From an uncultured Gemmatimonadaceae bacterium (lineage in GTDB: Bacteria; Gemmatimonadota; Gemmatimonadetes; Gemmatimonadales; Gemmatimonadaceae), in assembly GCA_963822945.1 (NCBI GenBank), contig CAWGJO010000024.1, forward strand, positions 96,001-160,000: a stretch of 64,000 nucleotides of DNA, read 5' to 3'. Positions 18,207 to 29,429 of this stretch are shown here, piece after piece. The translations under genes were made by a program, and so were the position numbers. The notes beneath the pieces were generated by a model. It worked only from the letters and a program-made list of their open reading frames with translations. It made no database searches and was not told the origin of the DNA. Position 1 is the stretch's first letter, and every line of letters begins with the position of its first letter.

Positions 18207-18781
18207 CCCGCAGTCCCCATGCCGGCGAATCCCATGAACGCCATCGACAGGCACGACGCGATCACGAGCACGAGTCCCATGCGGCGCGCCACCATCGGGA
18301 TGTCGGAGAGCTCCATGCGCTCCCGGATGGACGCCATGAGCGCGAGGGCCAGGGTGAGGCCGGCCCCGGCGCCGAGCGCGAACACCAGCCCCTCGGCCAG
18401 CGTGTAGCCCCGGCTGGTCTGGAAGAGCGCGAGCCCCAGAATGGCGCAGTTGGTGGTGATCAGCGGCAGGTAGATGCCGAGCTGCCGGAAGAGCACGGGG
18501 AGGTACTTCTTGACACCCATCTCCACGATCTGCACGACCGACGCGATGACGACGATGAACGCGATCGTGCGAAGATACGGCGTGCGGGCGAGCACGAAGG
18601 TGTTCAGAACCCACACGCTGACCGCTGTGAGAATGAGCACGAAGGTGTTGGCGAGGCCCAACCGCCACGCCGTCTCGACCTTGCCGGTGACCCCGAAAAA
18701 GGAGCACAGGCCCAGGAACATCACGAGCGTGAAGTTGTTGACCAACATCGTCGAGATGAAGATCCACGAGAGATTACTCAT
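18203..18781 (-). CDS. rnfA: Rnf complex subunit A
   Basis: NNFTLVMFLGLCSFFG, LGIYLPLITTNCAILG. Confidence 0.93.
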   Translation of the reverse strand: MSNLSWIFISTMLVNNFTLVMFLGLCSFFGVTGKVETAWRLGLANTFVLILTAVSVWVLNTFVLARTPYLRTIAFIVVIASVVQIVEMGVKKYLPVLFRQLGIYLPLITTNCAILGLALFQTSRGYTLAEGLVFALGAGAGLTLALALMASIRERMELSDIPMVARRMGLVLVIASCLSMAFMGFAGMGTAG

Positions 18782-19488
18782 GCGAGGGCCCTCCGTGCCC
18801 GGCGCTTGCGCAGCTCCATGACGTAGGCCACTCCCAGCAGGGCGATCCCGAGGGCGAGGAACCCGCCCGGCGGCAGCATCATGAACACCCAGGGTTCGAA
18901 GCGCGGTCCGAACAACGGATAGCCGAGGATGCTCCCGTTCCCCAGGACCTCGCGAATCGTGCTCAGCAGGGCCAGCGCCAGCGTGAAGCCCATGCCCATG
19001 CCGAATCCGTCGGCCAGGGCCCGGCGCACCGGCACCTTGGCCGCGAACGCCTCGGCGCGGCCCAGCAGCAGGCAGTTGGCGACGATGAGCGGAATGAACG
19101 GGCCCAGCGCTTTGCGAATGTCGGGCACCACGGCCGCCAGGATCATGTCGGCGAGCGTCACGAACGTCGCGATGATCAGGATGTACGACGTGATCCGCAC
19201 CTCGTGCGCGATGTACTTGCGGAACAACGACACGAACAGCCCGGAGCCGACGAGAACGAACGTCGTCGCCAGCCCCATCGCGAGGCCGTTGGCCAGCACG
19301 TTCGTGACCGCCATCGTCGGGCACATGCCGAGGAGCTGCACGAGCACGGGGTTCTCGCGGCCGATGCCCCGCCAGATGTCGGCGAGCACGGTGGCCGGCG
19401 GCGGCGCGCCCGGGACGAACTCTACGGCGCCCAGAAACCCCGGCGGGGGCGGCGCCTCCGCTGGTTCGCCGACTGGAACGGACGTCAC
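18778..19488 (-). CDS. rnfE: Rnf complex subunit E
   Basis: ENPVLVQLLGMCPTMAVT, FIPLIVANC, LPPGGF. Confidence 0.93.
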   Translation of the reverse strand: MTSVPVGEPAEAPPPPGFLGAVEFVPGAPPPATVLADIWRGIGRENPVLVQLLGMCPTMAVTNVLANGLAMGLATTFVLVGSGLFVSLFRKYIAHEVRITSYILIIATFVTLADMILAAVVPDIRKALGPFIPLIVANCLLLGRAEAFAAKVPVRRALADGFGMGMGFTLALALLSTIREVLGNGSILGYPLFGPRFEPWVFMMLPPGGFLALGIALLGVAYVMELRKRRARRALA

Positions 19489-20159
19489 GGTTGGCCTCCA
19501 CGATCGTAGGCTTGAAGCAGCGGGCGCCACTTGGCGATCGCATTGTTGATGATGCGAATCACGGCGCGCGACGAGATCGTCGCGCCGGAGATGGTCTGGA
19601 CCTGGCTCGGGTCGTTGCCGGAGCGCGTCTTCACGCCGGTCAGCGGCGCGACACGACCGGCGAACTGGTCGCCGAACGCGGTGTCGGTCTCGATTCGCTG
19701 GCCGAGCCCCGGGGTCTCCTGCTGGTCCAGCACCTTGTAGCCGGTGAGCGTCCCGGTCGCGGGATCGAAGCCGATCATCAGCGTGATCAGTTCCTGGAAC
19801 CCCGGCTCCGCGGCGGTCACCGCCACGCCGAGCTCCCGGCCACCGGCGTCGAAGCCGACGAACGCCTTCTGGGCGGCCTGCTTGTCCACGCCCTCGGGCG
19901 GCGTCTTCGACAGCGCCTTGCCCACCAGGTACAGCGTGTCCCACCGGGCGGGGGCTTTGAGCACCTCGCTCACTGCGCCGGCCTCCTGCTCGGCGGCGTG
20001 CCTCTGGACGGCCGGGAGCGTGAGGTTGTACACGGTGACGATGAGCCACCCGGCGGCCGCGCCGGCGATGCCGAGCGTGGCGAGCAGCTTCCACGCCGGC
20101 GTGCTCTTCTGTTCCGCCGGCGGCGGCGGCGGGACGTGGCAGTGCGGCGCGGCCGTCAT
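19485..20159 (-). CDS. rnfG: Rnf complex subunit G (FMN-binding)
   Basis: ETPGLG and ISGATISS covalent FMN motif; N-terminal TM helix. Confidence 0.92.
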   Translation of the reverse strand: MTAAPHCHVPPPPPAEQKSTPAWKLLATLGIAGAAAGWLIVTVYNLTLPAVQRHAAEQEAGAVSEVLKAPARWDTLYLVGKALSKTPPEGVDKQAAQKAFVGFDAGGRELGVAVTAAEPGFQELITLMIGFDPATGTLTGYKVLDQQETPGLGQRIETDTAFGDQFAGRVAPLTGVKTRSGNDPSQVQTISGATISSRAVIRIINNAIAKWRPLLQAYDRGGQP

Positions 20160-21160
20160 GACGCGGTCCTCGCGGCGGTACCGAACACTCTCGGCTGCGT
20201 GGCGCGGTTGATGAACGGCACCAGCGCGTTCATGAACAGGATGGCGTACATCACGCCCTCCGGCAGCCCGCCCCAGACGCGAATCACGACCACCAGAATG
20301 CCGATGCCGGCTCCGAACACCCAGCGCCCCAGGTTGGTGACCGGCGAGGTGACCATGTCGGTGGCCATGTACACGGCGCCGAGCATGAGACCGCCCGAGA
20401 ACACCATGAACATCGCCCCCGGCCATTGCGGCCTGATGGCGTGCAGAATCGCGCTGAACACCGCCACCGTGAGGATGATGCTCACGGGAATCCGCCAGTT
20501 GAGATAGTTGCGCACGGCCAGGTACGCGCCGCACGCCAGGATCACGAGCGCCGCCGTCTCGCCCACCGACCCGCCGGTGGTGCCGAGGATCAGGTGCATG
20601 AGCGAGGTGCCCTTCCCCTCGAACTTCAGCAGTCCGAGCGGCGTCGCCGACGTCACAGCGTTGACCGCGGGATGGAGGAAGGGCGCGACGAAGAGATCGC
20701 CCTTGAGCGTGAAGAAGCCGCCACCCGCCGTGGGCCAGGTGGTGATGGCCACCGGGAAGGCCCCCTGCAGGAAGGCGCGGCCCACCAGCGCCGGATTGAA
20801 GACGTTCTGTCCGAGCCCGCCCCACACCGCCTTCCCGAATCCGATGCCGAACGCGCCGCCGACGAACACCATCCAGAGGGGCATTCCGGCGGGGAGCGTG
20901 AGCCCGAGCAGCAGACCCGTGATCGCGGCCGATCCATCGGCCAGCGACCCGCCCTTGCCGAACGCGCGTTCCGCCGCCACCGATCCGAGCACCGCCGCGG
21001 CGATGACGAGCAGCGCGCTGATGCCGAAGAACCACGCCGACGCTGCAATCACGGGAACCAGGCTGCCGACCACGTTCCACATGATGCGCGGGGTCGAGTC
21101 CGCGGGCTTGAGGTGCGGCGACGCGGTGACGATCAGCCGCGGGACGGTCGGGGCGCTCAT
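20156..21160 (-). CDS. rnfD: Rnf complex subunit D
   Basis: SPH, GGLGQNVFNPALVGR, TSATPL FMN site, MATDMVTSP. Confidence 0.93.
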   Translation of the reverse strand: MSAPTVPRLIVTASPHLKPADSTPRIMWNVVGSLVPVIAASAWFFGISALLVIAAAVLGSVAAERAFGKGGSLADGSAAITGLLLGLTLPAGMPLWMVFVGGAFGIGFGKAVWGGLGQNVFNPALVGRAFLQGAFPVAITTWPTAGGGFFTLKGDLFVAPFLHPAVNAVTSATPLGLLKFEGKGTSLMHLILGTTGGSVGETAALVILACGAYLAVRNYLNWRIPVSIILTVAVFSAILHAIRPQWPGAMFMVFSGGLMLGAVYMATDMVTSPVTNLGRWVFGAGIGILVVVIRVWGGLPEGVMYAILFMNALVPFINRATQPRVFGTAARTAS

Positions 21161-22485
21161 TGGAGGGTCGCGAGTTGGCGCCGGAGCGCGGCCTTGCTCG
21201 CCTGGAAGAGCTGGGCGAGCGGAATGTTCGACGGACAGACGTAGGCGCAGGAGCCGCACAGCATGCAGTCGGACAGGTGCATGGCCGCCATGTCCTCGTA
21301 ACGCCGAACCTGCGCCAGCTCACCGAGCGTCGACGGGTTCAGGAACACGGGGCATGCTTCGAGGCAGCGTCCGCAGTGGATGCAGGCCCAGCTCTGCTCG
21401 TTGCGCGTCTCGTCGCGCGCGAGCACCACGACGCCCGTGGTGCCCTTCACCACCGGCGCGTCGAGATTCGCCTGGGCCTGCCCCATCATCGGCCCGCCGA
21501 TGATCACCTCGGCCGCGTCGGCCGTCACGCCGTCGCAGAAGGCCAGCAGATCGCGCAGCTTGGTGCCGACGGGAACGATCAGATTCGCGGGGCGACGCAG
21601 CCCGTGACCGGAGACGGTCACGATCCGTTCCACCAGCGGCAGGCCGGTCTCGAAGACCTCGGCAATGGCGGCCACCGACCCGACGTTCTGCACCACCACG
21701 CCCACCGTCACCGGCAGCTTGCCCGACGGCACCTCGAAGCCGGTCACGGCCTTGATCAGCATCTTCTCGGCGCCCTGCGGGTACTTGACGGTAAGCGGCA
21801 GGATCTCGACGTCCAGGTCGGCGGGCACGGCCGCGAGCATCGCGGCCACGGCGTCCGGCTTGTTGCGTTCGATGCCGACCACGCACTTGGTGACGCCGAG
21901 CGAGCGCATCATCACGCGGATGCCGAACATGACCCGGGGCGCGTATTCGACCATGGTCCGGTGGTCGGACGTCAGGTAGGGCTCGCATTCGGCGCCGTTG
22001 ATGATCAGCGTGTGAACGGTGGCGTCCTTGGGCGGCGCCAGCTTCACGTGCGTGGGAAATGCCGCGCCGCCCAGCCCCACCACGCCGGCGCTCTGAACGG
22101 CACGGACCACCTCGTCGGTGGAGAGCCCTTCCCAGCGCGGAACCATGCGCGGCCGCGGGATGTGCGGAGCGTACCGGTCCACCTTGATCCGCACGGCCTC
22201 GGCCATGGAACCGTCGGGGTGCGGCCACCATCCGATGTCCACCACCGTCCCGGCGGCCGAGGCATGAATGGGCACCGACATGAACCCGTCGGCCTGGCCC
22301 ACCGGATCGCCGCGTTCCACATGATCGCCCACCTTGACGCACAGCGTGGCGGGCTTGCCCGCATGCTGCCGCAGCGGGAGTACCACCTCGTCGGGGTACG
22401 GCATGCGGCGAATGGGCAGTTGATTGGTGAGCCCCTTCTCTTCCGGCGGGTGAACGCCGTGCCGGAATCCCAGCGAAATCGCCAT
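21157..22485 (-). CDS. rnfC: Rnf complex subunit C (alternative TTG start at 22491)
   Basis: GVHPPEEK, QHAGKP, GLGGAAFPT, NGAECEPYL, CIHCGRCLEACP, CMLCGSCAYVCP. Confidence 0.94.
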   Translation of the reverse strand: MAISLGFRHGVHPPEEKGLTNQLPIRRMPYPDEVVLPLRQHAGKPATLCVKVGDHVERGDPVGQADGFMSVPIHASAAGTVVDIGWWPHPDGSMAEAVRIKVDRYAPHIPRPRMVPRWEGLSTDEVVRAVQSAGVVGLGGAAFPTHVKLAPPKDATVHTLIINGAECEPYLTSDHRTMVEYAPRVMFGIRVMMRSLGVTKCVVGIERNKPDAVAAMLAAVPADLDVEILPLTVKYPQGAEKMLIKAVTGFEVPSGKLPVTVGVVVQNVGSVAAIAEVFETGLPLVERIVTVSGHGLRRPANLIVPVGTKLRDLLAFCDGVTADAAEVIIGGPMMGQAQANLDAPVVKGTTGVVVLARDETRNEQSWACIHCGRCLEACPVFLNPSTLGELAQVRRYEDMAAMHLSDCMLCGSCAYVCPSNIPLAQLFQASKAALRRQLATLQ

Positions 22486-22492
22486 CGTCAAC

Positions 22493-25400
22493 TCAGTTGA
22501 ACTTCGCGCCGCGCTTCACCCATTTCTCCAGATCCTTCTCCTTGGGGTTGAGCGGCGTGCCGGGGTGGATGATCGACACCGGGCAGCGCTCGGCCGCAGT
22601 GACGAGTTGCTGATACGTGCCGGCACTCGCGTCCTTCACGTAGGCCTGCTTGTCCGCGTTGTACGCGAACATGCGCTTGTTGAGATTGGTGCATTCGTTG
22701 CAGGTCGTGCAGCGCACCGAGTCGATGTAGGCTTCGAGCGCCAGTTCCCCGTCGTCGTCGTCTTCCACGGCCACGGTGGCCGTACCCGCCGCCACCGGCG
22801 CCGTGGGGGCCGAGGCCGTGGCGGGTTCCGCCGCGGGAGCGGGCGCAGGCGGCGGCGGTGCGGCGTCGACCGGCGCGGGGGCCGCAGCGACCGCGCTCCC
22901 CGCTCCGTTGCCGTTGCTCACCACCGCCGGCAGCGACGCCAGCAGTTCGCCGATTGCCGACCCGCCGCCGTGCCGCATCAGCCCTTCGGCCAGGCGGCGG
23001 GCGATCTGCGGCGGATAGCTGGCTTTGAGTTCGTCGATCCTGGCCTCGTATTCGGCGCGTACCGCCGACAGCCTCTGTTCGAACTCGGCGGCCAACGCAT
23101 CGGCCACCGCGTCGTGCACGGTCTGCGGGATCTCGAGACCGGCCAACTGCTTCAGCTGCGACCAGAAGTGCAGCCGCTCCTCGGCCAGGATCACCATCTC
23201 GGCGGAGACGCCGAGGCGGCGGAGCGTCCGGTCCTTGGCGACGGCCAGGATGTACGGCGTGTGGCCGTCGCGCTCCTCCACCGGGAGGGCGACGAATTCC
23301 GCAAACGGCAGCATGTCGTCGGTCCATGCGTCCGGCGGGAGTTCGGTGAAGTGCTGCTTGAACCGCGTCTCGGTGGCGGCCCAGTCGGCGATCGTGAGCG
23401 GCAGGTCGAGCGTCTGCTCCGCGCCCTCGTCGTCGAGGTACTTCATGGTGTAGGTCGGCCACGTCTCGTCGATGGACGGATTGCCGTCGAGCGTCAGGCA
23501 GTCGGCGAATGCGCCGCCGGCGTCCGGATCGTAGGTCAGGAACGGGAAGGCGCGGCTCTCCAGCGCCAGCCGCGCCGCCTGCTGCGACCAGTCGTCGGCG
23601 AGGCCGTGCTCCACGGGGCACGGCGTGTAGATATTGAACACCGCGGGCCGGCGCTTGTGCAGTCCCTTGAGCACGCCCGCCACGAGATGCGACGCCGAAG
23701 CCTGCGACGACTGGTGCACGTACGCGCCGCGATGGGCGATGGCGAGGAGCGCCAATTCCTTGCGCACTTCGCTCTTGCCGTGCTGCGCCTTGCCGTACGC
23801 CGTCATGTCGGCCACCTGCCCGGTGTAGCCCGAGGTGCAGGCCTGGCCGCCGGTGTTCGAATACACCTGCGTGTCGAGCACCACCACCTTGATCGGCTTC
23901 CCGGAGGCGAGCAGCCGAGAGAGGTTCTGGAATCCGATGTCGAGCATCGCGCCGTCGCCGCCCATCGCGAGGATCGGCGGGCAGAGGGCGAATTCGTCAT
24001 CGGTGAACTGCTTCCACGTGAGCGACCGCAGCGCGGGTTCGTGCGCCGCCGCGTCGTACGTGCCGCCGGCGAGCAGCTCGGCGCGCCGCACCGCGGCCGT
24101 GTCGTCGGCCATCTTGCGCATCTGCGCTTCGAACACGCCGATCGCGATCGACGGCGCGTCCTGGAACAGGTGGTTGGCCCACGGGAACGGATACGGATTG
24201 TACGGCCAGGTGCTCGCCCACACCGACGAGCAGCCGGTGCTGTTGGCCATGCCCATGCGGCGCACGCCCCTCGCCGCTCGGCCCCTCGACATAACGCCAC
24301 CTGAGATCGCGCAACGCGTGGAGCGAGTCGTTGATCCGGGCCAGCCGCTCGTGCTTGGCGGCGTCCACCGGCACGCTCACCGCGGCACCCGCCTTGGCGG
24401 CCGCATCGAGATCGGCCCCCGAGGCGAGCAGCTCGCGCGCCTGCGCGTCGAGGGTCTCGATGAGTCCGTCGAGCTTGGCCACCTGCGCGGCCACGCGCGG
24501 CTGCATGGACGCGTGGATGGAGGAGACGATCAGATGGACGGCCGTCTTCTCCCCGCACCCCATGCAGGCCCCGTCGCCGCCCACCATCGAGCGGTAGTTC
24601 TGCTTCCGCAGGAGCAGCGACGACAGCACCCCGATCCCCTCGTCCACGTCCGAGACGTTGACGAACCGGTCGGCGGTATCGGGCAGTTGCTCCCACAGCG
24701 TCCAGTTCCTGCGCAGCCGTTCGAGCGCCGGCTCGTCCTGCTTGATCGTCACCAGCGCGCCGTCGGGACAGGCCGCGACACAGAGGTTGCAGCCCTTGCA
24801 CGCTTCCGGATTGACGGTGATCGAGAGCAGCCCGCCGCCGCCCTTTTCCCGCGCTTCGACGGCGTCGAAGAACGGCTTGGTGCGCGCCAGCGGGAACGCT
24901 GCCAGGCGCTCCTGGATGATCGCGAACTCGCGGTCGGTCTCGGCGCGGCGGTCGGGCTCCCAGCCCATCTTGTCGGCCACCGTCGTGTAGCCGGCGGCGA
25001 ACGCCGCGGGCACGGAAAGCGATGCGTCCTTGGTGAGTTGCCGGTGCGTCTCGCGTGCCCAGTGCTTCGTGATCGGGCGCAACCGGTCGAACGTCACGCC
25101 GTTGCTCGACACGTCCATGGCCGTGGACAGCAGGTCCTCCTCGCTGTTCACGAGACCGGGGATGGCCGAGTCGGGGCACTGCGTCCAGCACTGGGCGCAC
25201 CCGGTGCACTTCTCGGCGACGAACTCCGGGACTTCCAGGCGCACACCGCTCATGTCGCGCACGGCGCCCGTGGCGGCCGGCATCGCGCTGATCGCGGCGA
25301 ACGGATCGGCAATCCCGTCCTGGCCCAGGGCGCACAGCGTGCACACCTGCTCCCAGAACCGGCCCGGGTTGCCGACGCCCTGCTCGGCCGCCGGCACGTC

Positions 25401-27572
25401 GAGCAGCGACGGAATGTGCGGCACCGTGCCGGCCTCTTCGTGCGTCTCGATCTCGACCGCCTTCACGGGCAGCACCTGATCGAAGCCGCGGCGGATCACG
25501 CGGAGGTTGTCCTCCACCACGGTCGCGCCGCGGTGGCCGAACTTCTTCTGGAACTGCTTGCGGACGCCCTCGAATACCTTCGCTTCGGACGACCCCTCGG
25601 CCGCGATCAGGCTCGACGTGCGGAAGAAGGCACCGAGGAACGCCGCCCCCTGCATGCGATACCGCATCTCGACGTCGGAGGCCTCTTCGCGCGCGATCGC
25701 GAAGGCATCGAGCACGAACAGTTTGATGTGCCGCTCGATGATCGACGACCGGACGCGCGTGGGCAGCGTGCCCCAGAACTCGTCGGGCGGGAGGTCGCTC
25801 TGGATCACGAACACGCCGCCGTCGGCCAATCCGGCCAGCGGATCGCTGTGGCGGAACACGTTCGGGTCGGGCGACAGCACCACGTCCACGTGCTTGAGTT
25901 CGCAGTTGAGCAGAATGGGGTCGTGGGCCAGCACGGCGTAGAACGTGGTGGGCTGCCCCTTCTTCTCCGAGCCGTATTTCGGGTTGGCCTTGATCTGAAG
26001 CCCGAACAACTCGAACGCCGTCATCGCCAGGTTCTTACCCATGGTGATGGCGCCCCACCCGCCCACGGAGTGAATGCGCACCGCGGTCGAGCCCTTGGGC
26101 AGCAGGTTGGGTACGGTCGCCGGCGCGAGCGCCATCTCTGCCAGGTGCGGGTACGCGTCGACCAGCTTCTCCTGCCAGATCTGGAGCTTGGGAATGCGCG
26201 TGCCTTCGCGTACGAACTCGACGCCCAGGTAGAACTGGCGCCGCTGGGCTCCCTCCGGCAGCATGTTGTTCACCGCCGCCACGAGGTCCCCGGGCTGCAG
26301 GTCGCGGCTTCCGAGACCGAAGCATCCGGAGTAGAAGTCGGGCACCTGCTCGGAGTGGAGCGCCGGAATGCCGGCGTGCGGCGCATGAGCGCCGTGCGCG
26401 CGCCCGTTCTCCACGGCCTTGGCCATGGCGGCGCGGATCTCGCGCAGCATCGGCGGATCCACGGCCAGGGGCTGGTCGAGCCGCTCCAGGACCACGACGC
26501 CGCGCTTGCCCGCCAGGAGGCCGGCCACGAGATCGGCCGGGAATGGACGGAACATCGTGAGATTGAGGACGCCGACCTTGAGACCGCGCGCCTCACGCAG
26601 ATAGTCGGCCACCGCCATCGCATTCGGAACGACGGAGCCCTGCCCCACGATCGCCCATTCGGCGTCGTCCAGCCGGTACCCGCTGGCCCGCGCGTAGCGG
26701 CGGCCGGTGAGCGCGGCGTATTCGTCGAACGCCTGGTCGGCGAGCGTCACGATATGGTCGAAGTAGAACGGGCGCTGGGCGGCCACGCCCTGGGCGTAGC
26801 TGTCCTGGTTCTGCACCACGCCGAGCATCGCCGGATAGTCCAGGTCGAACATTTCCGGAATGCGGCGCCGGATCTCGCCGAACACCATGCGTTGGGCCGG
26901 CGTGGGGGACTCGATGCGGTCCGACGGATCGCCGAGGTAGGCCTTGACCAGCGCCGGCTCGGGAATCCGCGCGCTCTCGATCACGTGGCTGGTGAGAAAG
27001 CCGTCCTGCGCGCAGATGCCCGGATTGAGCGACAGCTCGGCGATCCGGTGCGCGACGAGATTCAGGTCGGCCGCTTCCTGCACGTCCTTGGCGAACATCT
27101 GGAAGAAGCCGGTATCGTCCACGGCATGGTAGTCGTCGTGGCCGGCGTGCACGTTGAGCGCGTGCTTGGTCATCGCCCGCGCAGCGACGTTGAGCACGTA
27201 GGTCAGCCGCTTGCCGACCGCGGCGTACAACGACTCGTGCATGTAGGCGATGCCCTGCCCGCTCGAGAAGTTGGTGGCGCGGAGTCCGGACATCGACATT
27301 CCGGCCGTGACCGCCGCGGCCGCGTGTTCCCCTTCAGGCTCGAAGAACAGCAGGCGCCGGCCGTTCACGTTCTCCTTGCCCTCTGCCACCGCCGCCGCCC
27401 AGCCTTCCCCCATCTGCGTGGAGGGAGTGATCGGGTACGCGCCCGCCGCTTCGCCGGCCGCCGTTTCCATGGCCACCACCGCCGCGCTGCCATCCAGCGC
27501 GCGCGGGATGCCGGGGTACGGCGGCGAAGTCGTCTCGCCCGACGTGGGCTTGCCCTTGGTCCAGAGTTTCAT
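22493..27572 (-). CDS. Giant single-chain pyruvate:ferredoxin/flavodoxin oxidoreductase-like protein (about 1690 aa) with C-terminal tethered ferredoxin; one frameshift near 24260
   Basis: YPITPS, EGEHAAA, CTGCAQCWTQCP, CKGCNLCVAACP, ACMGCGE; after the shift NSTGCSSVW, GGDGAMLDIG, VYSNTGGQ, YTPCP; terminal CTTCNEC...CP. Confidence 0.9.
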
Positions 27573-28423
27573 GCTGCCTCGCTCCCGACGGTCTCCGGCA
27601 CGCGAGCGAACTGCGCACCGTTCAGCCAGACGATTGCGCCGGTCGGGCACCGCTCGATAGCGCGATGCTCGGCCTGCGTGATGCGTTCGTAGTCCACCAC
27701 CGCCACGCCGCTGTCGATGCTGATCAATCCTTCCGCGGCGTCCAGCACGCACTTCCCGCACGCCGTGCAGGCCACGCGGCACTGCTCCAGCGCGTCATCC
27801 CCGTTGATCAGGTTCCGGCACTGCACCAGCAGGTGCGCATCCAGCGGCAGGATCGTGAACAGCCCCTTGGGACAGGCGTCCACGCAGTCACCGCACGCGG
27901 TGCAACGGGCGAGGTCCACCACCGGCAGGCCCGTGTCGCTCATCTGAATGGCGTCGAAGGTGCACGACACCGCGCAGTCGGCGAGACCCAGGCATCCCCA
28001 GGCGCATCCCTTGGCGCCGCCGGCCACCGACGCGGCCGCGGCGCACGTGGGAAGCCCGCGGTACTCGGCCTGGCTCACGGCCACGTCGGTGCCGCCGGCG
28101 CAGAGCAACCGCGCCACGCGGCGCGAGGCGTTGCCCGCATCCACGCCGAGGAAGTCGGCGATCTGCTTGTGCACCGAGTCGCTGGCCACCGTGCACTCCG
28201 ATGGCGCGATCTTGCCGTCCACGGCGCCCTCGGCGAACGCCCGGCAGCCGGGATGCCCGCAGGCGCCGCAATTGGCGTTGGGGAGCATCTGCGAGACGAT
28301 CTCGATGCGGGGATCCTCCCACACCCAGAGTTGCTTGTTGGCGAGGGCGATGAAGACGCCGAACACCAATCCGACCCCACCCAGGACCATGATCGCATGG
28401 AGGGTCACCGTCAGCGCGCTCAC
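27569..28423 (-). CDS. rnfB: Rnf complex subunit B
   Basis: TM helix, LPNANCGACGHPGC, CLGLADCAVSC, CTACGDCVDACP, CTACGKC...CP. Confidence 0.92.
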   Translation of the reverse strand: MSALTVTLHAIMVLGGVGLVFGVFIALANKQLWVWEDPRIEIVSQMLPNANCGACGHPGCRAFAEGAVDGKIAPSECTVASDSVHKQIADFLGVDAGNASRRVARLLCAGGTDVAVSQAEYRGLPTCAAAASVAGGAKGCAWGCLGLADCAVSCTFDAIQMSDTGLPVVDLARCTACGDCVDACPKGLFTILPLDAHLLVQCRNLINGDDALEQCRVACTACGKCVLDAAEGLISIDSGVAVVDYERITQAEHRAIERCPTGAIVWLNGAQFARVPETVGSEAA

Positions 28424-28424
28424 G

Positions 28425-29429
28425 TTACGCCTTCCCCTGCAGGCCGGATTCGGTGAGCAGCCACGACGCGATGCGCTCGACCGCATCGGACGCCCCGACC
28501 GCCGGGGCGCCGGCGCCGGCCGGCGTGGGCACGGCGAACGGCGTGCGGGCGATGTCGGCCAGCAGCTTCAGGTCCTCGCCCATCTGAAAGGCGCTCAGCC
28601 CGCGGACGGCGCGCTTCGGCGCCTCCGGCAGGTGCTGCACGGTGAGCCGCTGCCAGGGTTCGCGTCCGGCGAGCGGATCGTGCATGAACGTCGCCGAGCC
28701 CTCGGGCATCATGGCGGCGATCGCCGGTCCATCGAAGGCCGCCGCCCGGTCGAGGCCGGATCCGTCGGTGGTCTGGAGCACGAAGGCGCCGGGCGTGATG
28801 CACCGCGCCAGCGGAGCCGGCGCGCTCGGTCCGCGCACCACGAGCACCAACTTCTCGCGCCCGTCGGCGAAGTCGGTCAGCGCGCCGGCGTGTACGTCCG
28901 CCCCGTCCACCTCGATCACCAACGGCGGGGCGAACCGCCGCTCGGTCTTCGTCCAGCGGTGGAACTCCACGGGGTCGAGGAGGCGGTCGTGGTCGGCGGC
29001 CACGTACCGGCCGCCGCGCGCCAACTCCGTCAGCATCACGGCGCCGAACGCCAGGCCCGCCGCGCTCAACGCCGCATCCACCACGCTCGCCAGCCGCCCA
29101 CCCGGCGGCACGTCGGCAACGAACAGGTCGTTGCCGCGCGCCGCCACGCCTCGAAGCACGTCGGCGGCGCGATGGAGGGCCGCCACCGCGGCATCGTCCA
29201 CGCGGCGGGCCTTCGGGAAGAGGGCAGCGAACGCGGCCGCGTCCACGCGTCCGTCGGCGAATTCGCCGAGTGCCGACCGTGCGCCGGCGGCCGCCACTTC
29301 GGTCGTGGCGGCCCGGGCCGCGAGAAAGTCCTCGGCCTGGGCCAGCGCGCCATCCACCAGCGTGCGAAATTCGGCAATCGGCTGCGCCAGCGCCGTGAGC
29401 GCCTGGGCCGTGCGGGGATCAGACGGCAT
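28425..29429 (-). CDS. Hypothetical protein (334 aa) between korB and rnfB
   Basis: Long ORF with coding-like codon use, overlapping the korB end and 1 bp from rnfB; no cofactor motif. Confidence 0.8.
   Translation of the reverse strand: MPSDPRTAQALTALAQPIAEFRTLVDGALAQAEDFLAARAATTEVAAAGARSALGEFADGRVDAAAFAALFPKARRVDDAAVAALHRAADVLRGVAARGNDLFVADVPPGGRLASVVDAALSAAGLAFGAVMLTELARGGRYVAADHDRLLDPVEFHRWTKTERRFAPPLVIEVDGADVHAGALTDFADGREKLVLVVRGPSAPAPLARCITPGAFVLQTTDGSGLDRAAAFDGPAIAAMMPEGSATFMHDPLAGREPWQRLTVQHLPEAPKRAVRGLSAFQMGEDLKLLADIARTPFAVPTPAGAGAPAVGASDAVERIASWLLTESGLQGKA

Noticed and set aside
24240..24300. Programmed frameshift or genuine two-subunit split of PFOR
   Set aside because: No slippery heptamer and no RBS/start for a second subunit; removing one base restores a continuous protein.
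23835..27692. 1285-aa plus-strand ORF, and similar long ORFs at 2328-4733, 30399-32921 and 50504-53752
   Set aside because: Antisense shadows of well-supported minus-strand genes, typical of high-GC DNA; no motifs or RBS.
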